DNA from: Eledone cirrhosa
Taxonomy: Eukaryota
Assembly (NCBI GenBank): GCA_964016885.1
Contig: OZ024743.1
Location: 99,510,001-99,574,000 of the forward strand
DNA: 64,000 nt
Direction: 5' to 3'
Both the position numbers and the translations under genes were made by a program. Below are positions 52,488-64,000 of this stretch, in pieces. The notes under the pieces were generated by a model. It was given only the letters and a program-made list of their open reading frames with translations, searched no databases and was not told the origin of the DNA. Every line of letters starts with the position of its first letter. Within the stretch, counting starts at the first letter, position 1.

Positions 52488-52830
52488 GGAGGCACATGGC
52501 TTAGTGGTTAGAGCATTGGCCTTGCAATCGAAAGGTTGTGAGTTCAATTCTCAGACCGGGTGATGTGTTGTTTCCTTGAGCAAGACACTTTATTTCACAT
52601 TGCTCCAGTTTACTCAGCTGTAGAAATGAGATGATAGGGACTGGGGTCCCTATCATTCCACTGCAAAGTGGTCGTGAAGGTGCCCCGGCAAAAAAGCACC
52701 CAGCACTCACTGTAAATGAGGTTGGTGTTAGGAAGGGCATCCAGCTGTAGAAATCAAGCCAGAATCAGTTCCCGTCCCACCCTTGCAAGCAGGGAAAAAG
52801 CGGACATAAAATGAAATGAAATGAAATGAT
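52488..52830 (+). mobile_element. Full-length tRNA-derived SINE (family B) with RTE-type 3' tail
   Basis: tRNA-like head TGGCTTAGTGGTTAGAGC...GAGTTCAATTC, central CCTTGAGCAAGACACTT...ACTCAGCTG, then GTTAGGAAGGGCATCCAGC, and 3' GGACATAAAATGA followed by (AATGA)n. Confidence 0.87.
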
Positions 52831-54342
52831 ATATAGACATATATATATATATATAGAGAGAGAGGGGGGGAGAGGGAGGGAGAGAGAGATAAATACACAC
52901 ACATACTTACATATATATCTGCATTCACAATCTTGCATACACATCTATATACATACACTTACAAATATTTGGAGATACACACACTCGCATGTATATGATG
53001 AAGCCCACACGTGCACACAGACGTACATATACAAGATTGATGTTATTAAATATAAACAATACAAGCATTTCAGGAATATTAGTAAAACTCACTAGTTAAA
53101 GTTTATAACAAATAAAGGTACAATAGTATACATTTCAGTAAAGGAAGAGGAATGGTCCAGGTTAAAGAATTATGTACAGTGATAGGAGTCAATTATCCAA
53201 GTGATGTGAATGTTATACCAAAGGTCAGTAAAAAAATAAAATTAAACTATTCCTTGATTGCTTTATACAGATTGTTAGGTGTCTTGATAGGCAGTGGATA
53301 TTATTGGTTAGGTTGAGGATAGAGAAAAAATGTTGAACCATTTAAATTGAAAGTTGGTATTAGGTAGGACACCCAGCCAAAGGAACCATTCCAAAAAAGA
53401 AAGAGTGTCAAAGATTTGACATCTTTAGTGCTAGTGCTATGAGAAAATGCGTCCAGAAAACTCTGTAGAATGGTTGGTGAAAGGAAAAGCATCCAGCTGT
53501 AGAACCCATGCCAAAACCAGAGTGTAAGCAGAATATGGGTGCCCAGCTTGATGGTATGAAAATAGTAATTCCGATTAAGTATGGAATTGGTCCATGACAA
53601 CACATCCAAACCTTACCAGCATGGAAAATAAAGATGTTAAATGATGATGATGATCTTGTGTCTAGAAAGTTTGCTACAATGATGTTATGGTCTGTATAGA
53701 TTGACGAAATGGTATGTTTTCCTCAATCAATTAAATTTGTTGAGGCAGAGGATTGTCTTCAAAATGATGAGGCCATGATTTTGATAAAAGCCTCCAGTTT
53801 TCTGTGGTATTTCTTCCTATTAGTTAATAGATATAAACCTAGGCCTACACCTATGCTCCTAGCCAATTGTAGGCAACCATATACATGTCAAAGTAGGTAC
53901 TAGAAAATTCTTTAGTTAAAAATATATTGTTACATTCTAAAATTGTTTTCCTGGTGGGTATTATCATTTTAATTTCTGTTTCACTGATGTTTATAACAGT
54001 CATAGCAAACTTTAGGGCTCCTTTGTAAACTTTGTTAATTCACAGATAATATTCTAGTGTATCAAACTGTACAAGCTGGGAGTGTTATATTTTCTATAGA
54101 TCTGAATCATACTACTACATATTAAAGGCACATATGGATCAATATAGAATATGACTATGCAAAATAAACATTCAAATAGTATTGTTGTGAATATGTGCAT
54201 TGTTTTATAATGTAATGATGAAATTAATTTGACTTCAGAGATTATTGCGCCCAGTATATATTTGCTTATTTTACCAATATCTGTCATCAGGGGATTAACT
54301 GATAGTATGGTTGGCTTCTGCTGTTCTGCTGTTCTTCATGGC

Positions 54343-54507
54343 CTATAAACATGTAATACATTGTCTTTAATAATAAGGCTACATGTTAGCACTATAAACA
54401 TGTAATACATTGTCATTAGTAGTAAGGCTACATGTTTAGCACTATAAACATGTAATACATTGTCATTAGTAGTAAGGCTACATGTTTAGCAGTATAAACA
54501 TGTAATA
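54343..54507. repeat. Short tandem repeat, ~50-bp unit, ~3.3 copies, abutting the 31-bp array
   Basis: ACTATAAACATGTAATACATTGTCATTAGTAGTAAGGCTACATGTTTAGC at 54391 and 54441, partial at 54491, and a diverged 49-bp copy at ~54343. Confidence 0.9.
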
Positions 54508-57500
54508 TTGTGGTACAGGTTTATTACCAATATTTCGTCTGTGGTACAGGTTTAGTATCAATATTTAGTCTGTGGTACAGTTTTAGTACCAATATTTAGT
54601 CTGTGGAACAGGTTTACTACCAATATTTAGTTCTGAGGTACAGATTTAGTACCAATATTTAGTCTGTGGTACAGGTTTAGTAACAATATTTAGTTCTGTG
54701 GTACAGGTTTAGTACAAATATTTAGTCTGTGGTACAGGTTTACTGCCAATATTTAGTCTGTGGTACAGGTTTAGTATCAATATTTGGTCTGTGGTACAGG
54801 TTTAGTATCAATATTTAGTTCATGGTACAGGTTTAGTACCAATATTTATTCTGTGGTACAGGTTTTGTATAAATATTTTGTCTGTGGTACAGGTTTAGTA
54901 CCAATATTTAGTTCTGTAGTACAGGTTTATTATCAATAATTAGTCTGTGGTACAGGTTTAGTACCAATATTTAGTCTGTGGTACAGGTTTAGTATTAATA
55001 TTTAGTCTGTGGTACATGTTTAGAACCAATATTTAGTTCTGTGGTACAGGTTTAGTACCAATATTTAGTCTGTGGTACAAGTTTAGTACCAATATTTAGT
55101 CTGTGGTACAGGTTTAGTATCAATATTTAGTCTGTGGTACAGGTTTAGTACCAATATTTAGTTCTGTGGTACACGTTTAGTACAAATATGTAGTCTGTGG
55201 TACAGGTTTAGTACGAATATTTAGTCTGTGGTTCAGGTTTAGTATCAATATTTAGTCTGTGGTAAAGTTTTAGTACCAATATTTAGTTCTGTCGTACAGG
55301 TTTAGTACCAATATTTAGTCTGTGGTATAGGTTTAGTACCAATATTTAGTCTGTGGTATAGCTTTAGTACCAATATTTAGACTGTGGTACAGGTTTAGTA
55401 CCATTATTTAGTTCTATGGTACAGTTTTAGTACAAATATTTAGTCTGTGGTACAGGTTTAATACCAATATTTAGTCTGTGGTACAGGTTTTGTATAAATA
55501 TTTTGTCTGTGGTACAGTTTTAGTACCAATATTTAGTTCTGTGGTACAGGTTTAGTACCAATATTTAGTCTGTGGTACAGGTTTATTACCAATATTTAGA
55601 CTGTGGTACAGGTTTAGTACCAATATTTAGTCTGTGGTACAGGTTTAGTACCAATATTTAGTCTGTGGTACAGGTTTAGTACCAATATTAAGTTCTGTGG
55701 TACAGGTTTAGTACCAATATTTAGTTCTGTGGTACAGGTTTAGTACCAATATTTAGACTGTGGGATAGGTTTAGTACCAATATTTAGACTGTGGTACAGG
55801 TTTAGGACCATTATTTAGTTCTATGGTACAGTTTTAGTACCAATATTTAGTCTGTGGTACAGGTTTAGTATCAATATTTAGTCTGTGGTACAGTTTTAGT
55901 ACCAATATTTAGTTCTGTCGTACAGGTTTAGTACCAATATTTAGACTGTGGTATAGGTTTAGTACCAATATTTAGACTGTGGTACAGGTTTAGGACCATT
56001 ATTTAGTTCTATGGTACAGTTTTAGTACCAATATTTAGTCTGTGGTACAGGTTTAGTACCAATATTTAGGCTGTGGTACAGGTTTTGTATAAATATCTTG
56101 TCTGTGGTACAGTTTTATAACAATATTTAGTTCTGTGGTACAGGTTTAGTACCAATATTTAGTCTGTAGTACAGGTTTAATACCAATATTTAGTCTATGG
56201 TACAGGTTTAGTACAAATATTTAGTCTGTGGTACAGGTTTAGTACCAATATTTAGTCTGTGGTACAGGTTTAGTACCAATATTAAGTTCTGTGGTACAGC
56301 TTTAGTACCAATATTTAGTCTGTGATACAGGTTTTGTATCAATATTTAGTCTTTGGTACAAGTTTAGTATCAATATTTAGTCTGTGGTACAGGTTTAGTA
56401 TCAATATTTAGTCTGTGGTACAGGTTTAGTATCAATATTTAGTCTGTGGTACAGGTTTAGTACCAATATTTAGTCTGTGGTACAGGTTTAGTACCAATAT
56501 TTAGTCTGTGGTACAGGTTTAGTATAAATATTTAGTCTGTGGTCCAGGTTTAGTACCAATAGTTAGTTCTATGGTACAGTTTTACTACCACTATTTAGTT
56601 CTGTGGTACAGTTTTAGTATCAATATTTAGTTGTGTGGTACAGGTTTAGTACCAATATTTAGTTCTGTGGTACAGGTTTGTGCCAATATTTAGTGTGTGG
56701 TACTGGTTCAGTACCAATATTTAGTCCTGTGGTACAGATTTAGTACCAATATTTAGTCTGTGGTACAGGTTTAGTAACAATATTTAGTTCTGTAGTACAG
56801 GTTTAGTACCAATATTTAGTTCTGTGGTAAAGATTTAGTATCAATAATTAGTCTGTGGTACAGGTTTAGTACCAATATTTAGTTCTGTGGTACAGGTTTA
56901 GTACAAATATTTAGTCTGTGGTACAGGTTTACTGCCAATATTTAGTCTGTGGTACAGGTTTAGTATCAATATTTAGTCTGTGGTACAGGTTTAGTATCAA
57001 TATTTAGTTTATGGTACAGGTTTAGTACCAATATTTATTCTGTGGTACAGGTTTTGTATAAATATTTTGTCTGTGGTTACAGTTTTAGTACCAATATCTA
57101 GTTCTGTAGTACAGGTTTATTATCAATAATTAGTCTGTGGTAGAGGTTTAGTACCATTATTTAGTTCTATGGTACAGTTTTAGTACCAATATCTAGTCTG
57201 TGGTACAGGTTTAATACCAATATTTAGTCTGTGGTACAGGTTTTGTATAAATATTTTGTCTGTGGTACAGTTTTAGTACCAATATTTAGTTCTGTGGTAC
57301 AGGTTTAGTACCAATATTTAGTCCGTGGTACAGGTATAGTACCAATATTTAGACTGTGGTAGACGTTTAATACCAATATTTAGTCTGTGATACAGGTTTT
57401 GTATCAATATTTAGTCTTTGGTACAGGTTTAGTACCAATATTTAGTTCTGTGGTACAGGTTTAGTACAAATATGTAGTCTGTGGTACAGGTTTAGTACCA

Positions 57501-60500
57501 ATATTTAGTCTGTGGTACAGGTTTAGTATCAATATTTAGTCTGTGGTACAGTTTTAGTACCAATATTTAGTTCTGTCGTACAGGTTTAGTACAAATATTT
57601 AGACTGTGCTATAGCTTTAGTACCAATATTTAGACTCTGGTACAGGTTTAAGACCATTATCTAGTTCTATGGTACAGTTTTAGTACCAATATTTAGTCTG
57701 TGGTACAGGTTTAGTACCAATATTTAGTCTGTGGTACAGGTTTTGTATAAATATTTTGTCTGTGGTACAGTTTTAGTACCAATATTTAGTTCTGTGGTAC
57801 AGGTTTAGTACCAATATTTAGTCTGTGGTACAGGTTTAGTACCAATAATTAGTTCTGTGGTACAGGTTTAGTACCAATATTTAGTCTGTGGTACAGGTTT
57901 AGTATAAATATTTAGTCTGTGGTACAGGTTTAGTACAAATATTTAGTCTGTGGTACAGGTTTAGTACCAATATTTAGTTCTGTGGTACAGGTTTTGTACC
58001 AATATTTAGTCTGTAGTACAGGTTTAGTACCAATATTTAGTTCTATGGTACAGGTTTAGTACCAATATTTAGTCTGTGGTACAGGTTTAAGTATAAATAT
58101 TTAGTCTGTGGTACAGGTTTAGTACAAATATTTAGTTTATGCTACAGGTTCAGTACCAATATTTAGTTCTGTGGTACAGTTTTAGTACCAATATTTAGTC
58201 TGTGGTACAGGTTTAGTATCGATATTTAGTCTGTGGTACAGATTTAGTACCAATATTTAGTTCTGTGGTACAGCTTTAGTACAAATATGTAGTGTGTGGT
58301 ACAGGTTTAGTACCAATATTTAGTCTGTGGTACAGGTTTAGTATCAAATTTTAGTCTGTGGTACAGTTTTAGTACCAATATTTAGTTCTGTCGTACAGGT
58401 TAAGTACCAATATTTAGTCTGTGGTATAGGTTTAGTACCAATATTTAGACTGTGGTACAGGTTTAGTACCAATATTTAGTTCTGTGTTACAGGTTTAGAA
58501 CCAATATCTAGTTCAGTGGTACAGGTTTAGTACCAATAATTAGTTCTGTGGTACAGGTTTAGTACCAATATTTAGTCTGGGGTACAGGTTTAGTACCAAT
58601 ATTTAGTTCTGTGGAACAGGTTTAGTATAAATATTTAGTCTGTGGTACAGGTTTAGTACAAATATTTAGTCTGTGGTACAGGTTTAGTACCAATATTTAG
58701 TCTGTGGTACAGGTTTAGTACCAATATTAAGTCCGGTGGTACAGGTTTGGTACCAATATTTAGTTCTGTGGTACAGGTTTAGTACCAATATTTAGTCTGT
58801 GGTACAGGTTTAGTACTAATATTTAGTCTGTGGTACAGGTTTAGTACCAATATTTAGTTCTGTGGTACAGGTTTGAACCAATATTTAGTGTGTGGTACTG
58901 GTTTAGTACCAATATCTAGTTCTGTGGTACAGGTTTACTACCAATATTTAGTCGGTTGTACAGGTTTAGTAGCAATATTTAGTCTGTGGTACAGGTTTAG
59001 CACCTATATTTACTTCTGTGGTACAGGTTTAGTACCAATATTTAGTCTGTGGTACAGGTTTAATACCAATATTTAATCTGTGGTACAGGTTTAGTATCAA
59101 TATTTAGTCTGGGGTACAGGTTTAGTATGAATCTTTAGTCTGTGGTACAGGTTGAGTACCAATATTTAGTCTGTGGTACAGGTTTTGTATAAATATTTTG
59201 TCTGTGGTACAGTTTTAGTACCAATATTTAGTTCTGTGGTACAGGTTTAGAACCAATATTTAGTCTGTGGTACAGGTTTAGTACCAATATTTAGTCTGTG
59301 GTACAGGTGTAGTACCAATATTTAGTCTGTGGTACAGGTTTGGTAACGATATTTAGTCTGTGGTACAGATTTAGTACCAACATTTAATTCTGAGGTACAG
59401 GTTTAGTATCAATATTTAGTCTGTGGTACAGGTTTAGTACCAATATTTAGTTCTGTGGTACAGGTTTTGTACCAATATTTAGTTCTGTGGTACAGGTTTA
59501 ATATCAATATTAAGTCTGTGATATAGGTTTAGTACCAATATTTAGTTCTGTGGTACAGGTTTAGTATAAATATTTAGTCTGTGGTACACGTTTACTACCA
59601 ATATTTAGTTTGTGATACAGGTTTAGTATCAATATTTAGTTTGTGGTACAGGTTTAGTACCAATATTTAGTTCTGTAGTACATGTTTAGTACCAACATTT
59701 AGTTCTGTGGTACAGGTTTATTATCAATATGTTGTTCTGTGGTACTGGTTTAGTATCAATATTTAGTCTGTGGTACAGGTTTTGTATCAATATTTTGTGT
59801 GTGGTACAGGTTTAGTATCAATATTTAGTCTGTGGTACAGGTTTAGTACCAATGTTTAGTTTGTGATACAGGTTTAGTATCAATATTTAGTCTGTGGTAC
59901 AGGTTTAGTATTAATAGTTAGTCTGTGGTACAGGTTTAGTACCAATATTTAGTTCATTGGTACAGGTTTAGTACCAATATTTATTCTGTGGTACAGGTTT
60001 AGTACCAATATTTAGTCTGTGGTACAGGTTTAGTATCAATATTTAGCTCTGTGGTACAGGTTTTGTAGCAATATTTAGTCTGTGATACAGGTTTTGTATA
60101 AATATTTTGTCTGTGGTACAGTTTTAGTACCAATATTTAGTTCTGTGGAACAGGTTTAGTATCTGTAATTAGTCTGTGGTAGAAGTTTAGTACCAATATT
60201 TAGTTTGTGATACAGGTTTAGTATCAATATTTAGTCTGTGGTACAGGTCTAGTATCAATATTTAGTCTGTGGTACAGGTTTAGTACCAATATTTAGTTCA
60301 GTGGTACAGGTTTAGTACCAATATTTAGTCTGTGGTACAGGTTTAGTATTAATATTTAGTTCTGTGCGACAAGTTTAGTACGAATATTTAGTTCTGTAGT
60401 ACAGGTTTAGCACAAATATGTAGTCTGTGGTACAGGTTTAGTACCAATATTTAGTCTGTGGTACAGGTTTAGTATCAATATTTAGTCTGTGGTACAGTTT

Positions 60501-63500
60501 TAGTACCATTATTTAGTTCTTTCGTACAGGTTTAGTACCAATATTTAGTCTGTGGTATAGATTTAGTACCAATATTTAGACTGTGGTTCAGGTTTAGTAC
60601 CATTAATTATTCTATGGTACTGTTTTAGTACCAATATTTAGTCTGTGGTACAGGTTTAGTACCAATATTTAGTCTGTGGTACAGGTTTTGTATAAATATT
60701 TTGTCTGTGGTACAGTTTTAGTACCAATATTTAGTTCTGTGGTACAGGTTTAGTATCAATAATTAGTCTGTGGTAGAGGTTTAGTACCAATATTTAGTTT
60801 GTGATACAGGTTTAGTATCAATATTTAGTCTGTTGTACAGGTTTAGTATCAATATTTAGTCTGTGGTACAGGTTTAGCATCAATATTTAGTCTGTGGTTC
60901 AGTTTTAGTACCAATATTTAGTCTGTGGTATAGGTTTAGTACCAATATTTAGTCTGTGGTACAGGTTTAGTACCATTAGTTAGTTCTATGGTACAGGTTT
61001 AGTACCAATATTTAGTTCTGTGGTACAGGTTTAGTAACAATATTTATTGTGGTACAGGTTTAGTACTAATATTTTGTCTGTGGTACAGGTTTAGTATCAA
61101 TATTTAGTCTGTGGTACAGTTTTAGTACCAATATTTAGTTCTGTCGTACAGGTTTAGTACCAATATTTAGTCTGTGGTATAGGTTTAGTACCAATATTTA
61201 GACTGTGGTACAGGTTTAGTACCATTATTTAGTTCTATGGTACAGTTTTAGTACCAATATTTAGTCTGTGGTACAGGTTTTGTATAAATATTTTGTCTGT
61301 GGTACAGATTTAGTACCAATATTTAGTTCTGTGGAACAGGTTTAGAACCAATATTTAGTCTGTTGTACAGGTTTAGTACCAATATTTAGTCTGTGGTACA
61401 GGCTTAGTACCAATATTTAGTCTGTCGTACTGGTTTAGTACCAATATTTAGTCTGTGGTACAGGTTTAGTACCAATATTAAGTTCTGTGGTACAGGTTTA
61501 GTACCAATATTTAGTCTGTGGTACAGGTTTTGTATCAATATTTAGTCTGTGGTACAGGTTTAGTATCAATATTTAGTCTGGGGTACAGGTTTAGTATGAA
61601 TCTTTAGTCTGTGGTACAGGTTGAGTACCAATATTTAGTCTGTGGTACAGGTTTTGTATAAATATTTTGTCTGTGTTACAGTTTTAGTACCAATATTTAG
61701 TTCTGTGGTACAGGTTTAGAACCAATATTTAGTCTGTGGTACAGGTTTAGTACCAATTTTTAGTCTGTGGTACAGGTTTAGTACCAATATTTAGTCTGTG
61801 GTACAGGTTTAGTACCAATATTTAGTCTGTGGTACAGGTTTAGTACCAATATTAAGTTCTGTGTTACAGGTTTAGTACCAATATTTAGTCTGTGGTACAG
61901 GTTTAGTACCAATATTTATTGTGGTACAGGTTTAGTACCAATATTTAGTCTGTGGTACAGGTTTAGTATCAATAATTAGTCTGTGGTACAGGTTTAGTAC
62001 CAATATTTAATTCTGTGGTACAGGTTTCGTACCAATATTTAGTCTGTGGTACAGGTTTAGTATTAATATTTAGTTCTGTGGTACATGTTTAGTACCAATA
62101 TTTAGTTCTGTGGTACAGGTTTAGAACCAATATTTAGTCTGTGGTACAGGTTCAGTACCAATATTTAGTCTGTGGTACAGGTTTAGTACCAATATTTAGT
62201 CTGTGGTACAGGTTTAGTACCAATATTTAGTCTGTGGTACAGGTTTAGTACCAATATTAAGTTCTGTGTTACAGGTTTAGTACCAATATTTAGTCTGTGG
62301 TACAGGTTTTGTATCAATATTTAGTCTGTGGTACAGGTTTAGTATCAATATTTAGTTTGTGATACAGGTTTAGTATCAATATTTAGTCTGTGGTACAGGT
62401 TTAGTATCAATATTTAGTATGTGGTAAAGGTTTAGTATCAATAATTAGTCTGTGGTACAGTTTTAGTACCAATATTTAGTTCTGTGTTACAGGGTTAGAA
62501 CCAATATTTAGTTCTGTGGTACAGGTTTAGTACCAATAATTAGTTCTGTGGTACAGGTTTAGTACCAATATTTAGTCTGTGATACAGGTTTAGTACCATT
62601 ATTTAGTCTGTGGTACAGGTTTAGTAACGATATTTAGTCTGTGATACAGGTTTAATACCAATATTTAATTCTGTGGTACAGGTTTAGTACCGATATTTAG
62701 TTCTGTGGTACAGGTTTAGTATCAATATTTAGTCTGTGGTACAGGTTTTGTATCAATATCTTGTCTGTGGTACAGGTTTAGTAAAAATATTTAGTCTGTG
62801 GTACAGGTTTAGTATCAATATTTAGTCTGTGGTACAGGTTTAGTACCGATATTTAGTTCTGTGGTACAGGTTTAGTATCAATATTTAGTCTGTGGTACAG
62901 GTTTTGTATCAATATCTTGTCTGTGGTACAGCTTTAGTATAAATATTTAGTCCGTGGTACAGGTTTAGTACCAGTGTTTAGTTTGTGATACAGGTCTAGT
63001 ATCAATATTTAGTCTGTGGTACAGGTTTAGTACCAATATTTAGTTCTTTGGTACAGGTTTAGTACCAATATTTATTCCGTGGTACAGGTTTAGTACCAAT
63101 ATTTAGTCTGTGGTACAGGTTTAGTATCAATATTTAGTCTGTGGTACAGGTTTAGTATCAATATTTAGCTCTGTGGTACAGGTTTAGTAGCAATATTTAG
63201 TCTGTGGTACAGGTTTAGTATAAATATTTTGTCTGTGGTACAGTTTTAGTACCAATATTTAGTTCTGTGGTACAGGTTTAGTACCAATATTTAGTCTGTG
63301 GTTCAAGTTTTGTATAAATATTTTGTCTGTGGTACAGTTTTAGTACCAATATTTAGTTTTGTGGTATAGGTTTAGTACCAATATTTAGTCTGTGGTACAG
63401 GTTTAGTACCATTATTTAGTTCTATGGTACAGGTTTAGTACCAATATTTAGTTCTGTAGTACAGGTTTAGTACCAATATTTATTCTGTGGTACAGGTTTA

Positions 63501-64000
63501 GTACCAATATTTAGTCTGTGGTACAGGTTTATTATCAATATTTAGTCTGTGGTACAGGTTTATTATTAATATTTAGCTCTGTGGTACAGGTTTAGTAGCA
63601 ATATTTAGTCTGTGGTACAGGTTTTGTATAAATATTTTGTCTGTGGTACAGTTTTAGTACCAATATTTAGTTCTGTGGTACAGGTTTAGTATCAATATTT
63701 AGTCTGTGGTACAGGTTTAGTGCCAATATTTTCCTGTGGTACAGGTAAGTACAAGTATTTAGTCTGTGGTACAGGTTTAGTACCAATATTTAGTCTGTGG
63801 TACAGGTTTAGTATCAATATTTAGTCTGTGGTATAGGTTTAGTACCAATATTTAGTCTGTGGTACAGGTTTAGTACCAATATGTAATATGTGGTACACGT
63901 TTAGTACCAATATTTAATTCTGTGGTACAGGTTTAGTATCAATATTTATTCTGTGGTACAGGTTTAGGACCAATATTTAGTTCTGTGGTATAGGTTTAGT
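54505..64000. repeat. Tandem satellite array, 31/32-bp unit (T)TCTGTGGTACAGGTTTAGTACCAATATTTAG, ~300 copies, runs off the window end
   Basis: Direct periodicity. 31-bp (AGTCTG) and 32-bp (AGTTCTG) variants are interspersed, and units are more diverged than in the other two arrays. Confidence 0.98.

Noticed and set aside
52488-52560. tRNA gene
   Set aside because: It has A/B-box-like motifs but no complete cloverleaf, and it continues into a SINE body that is repeated elsewhere.
54505-64000. CRISPR-like array (31-bp repeats with an internal hairpin)
   Set aside because: Units are head-to-tail with no unique spacers, there are no cas genes, and the context is eukaryotic.

Overview
AT-rich, repeat-dominated eukaryotic (metazoan) genomic DNA, not prokaryotic. 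The SINE/LINE complement resembles a coleoid cephalopod (Octopus-like); that assignment is an inference. The only host coding sequence I recognise is a single 129-bp internal exon of TULP4 (Tubby-like protein 4, WD40 region) on the minus strand at 15880-16008, with canonical splice sites. The rest of the window is therefore probably intronic. About 27 kb is three large tandem arrays: a 25-bp unit (~20.6-27.9 kb), a 65-bp unit (~37.9-48.3 kb) and a 31/32-bp unit (~54.5 kb to the window end). The remainder holds decayed non-LTR retrotransposons (R4/Dong-like RLE, CR1-like, RTE-like), at least two tRNA-derived SINE families, TTAA-flanked MITE-like elements, a foldback element and microsatellites. 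The long ORFs in the 65-bp array are a by-product of a stop-free repeat unit. I see no well-supported novel multi-gene system. The most interesting signals concern repeat evolution and RNA structure: a satellite apparently born inside a MITE, two SINEs inserted in succession at one target, a visible SINE/LINE partner pair, and inverted SINE pairs within the TULP4 pre-mRNA.
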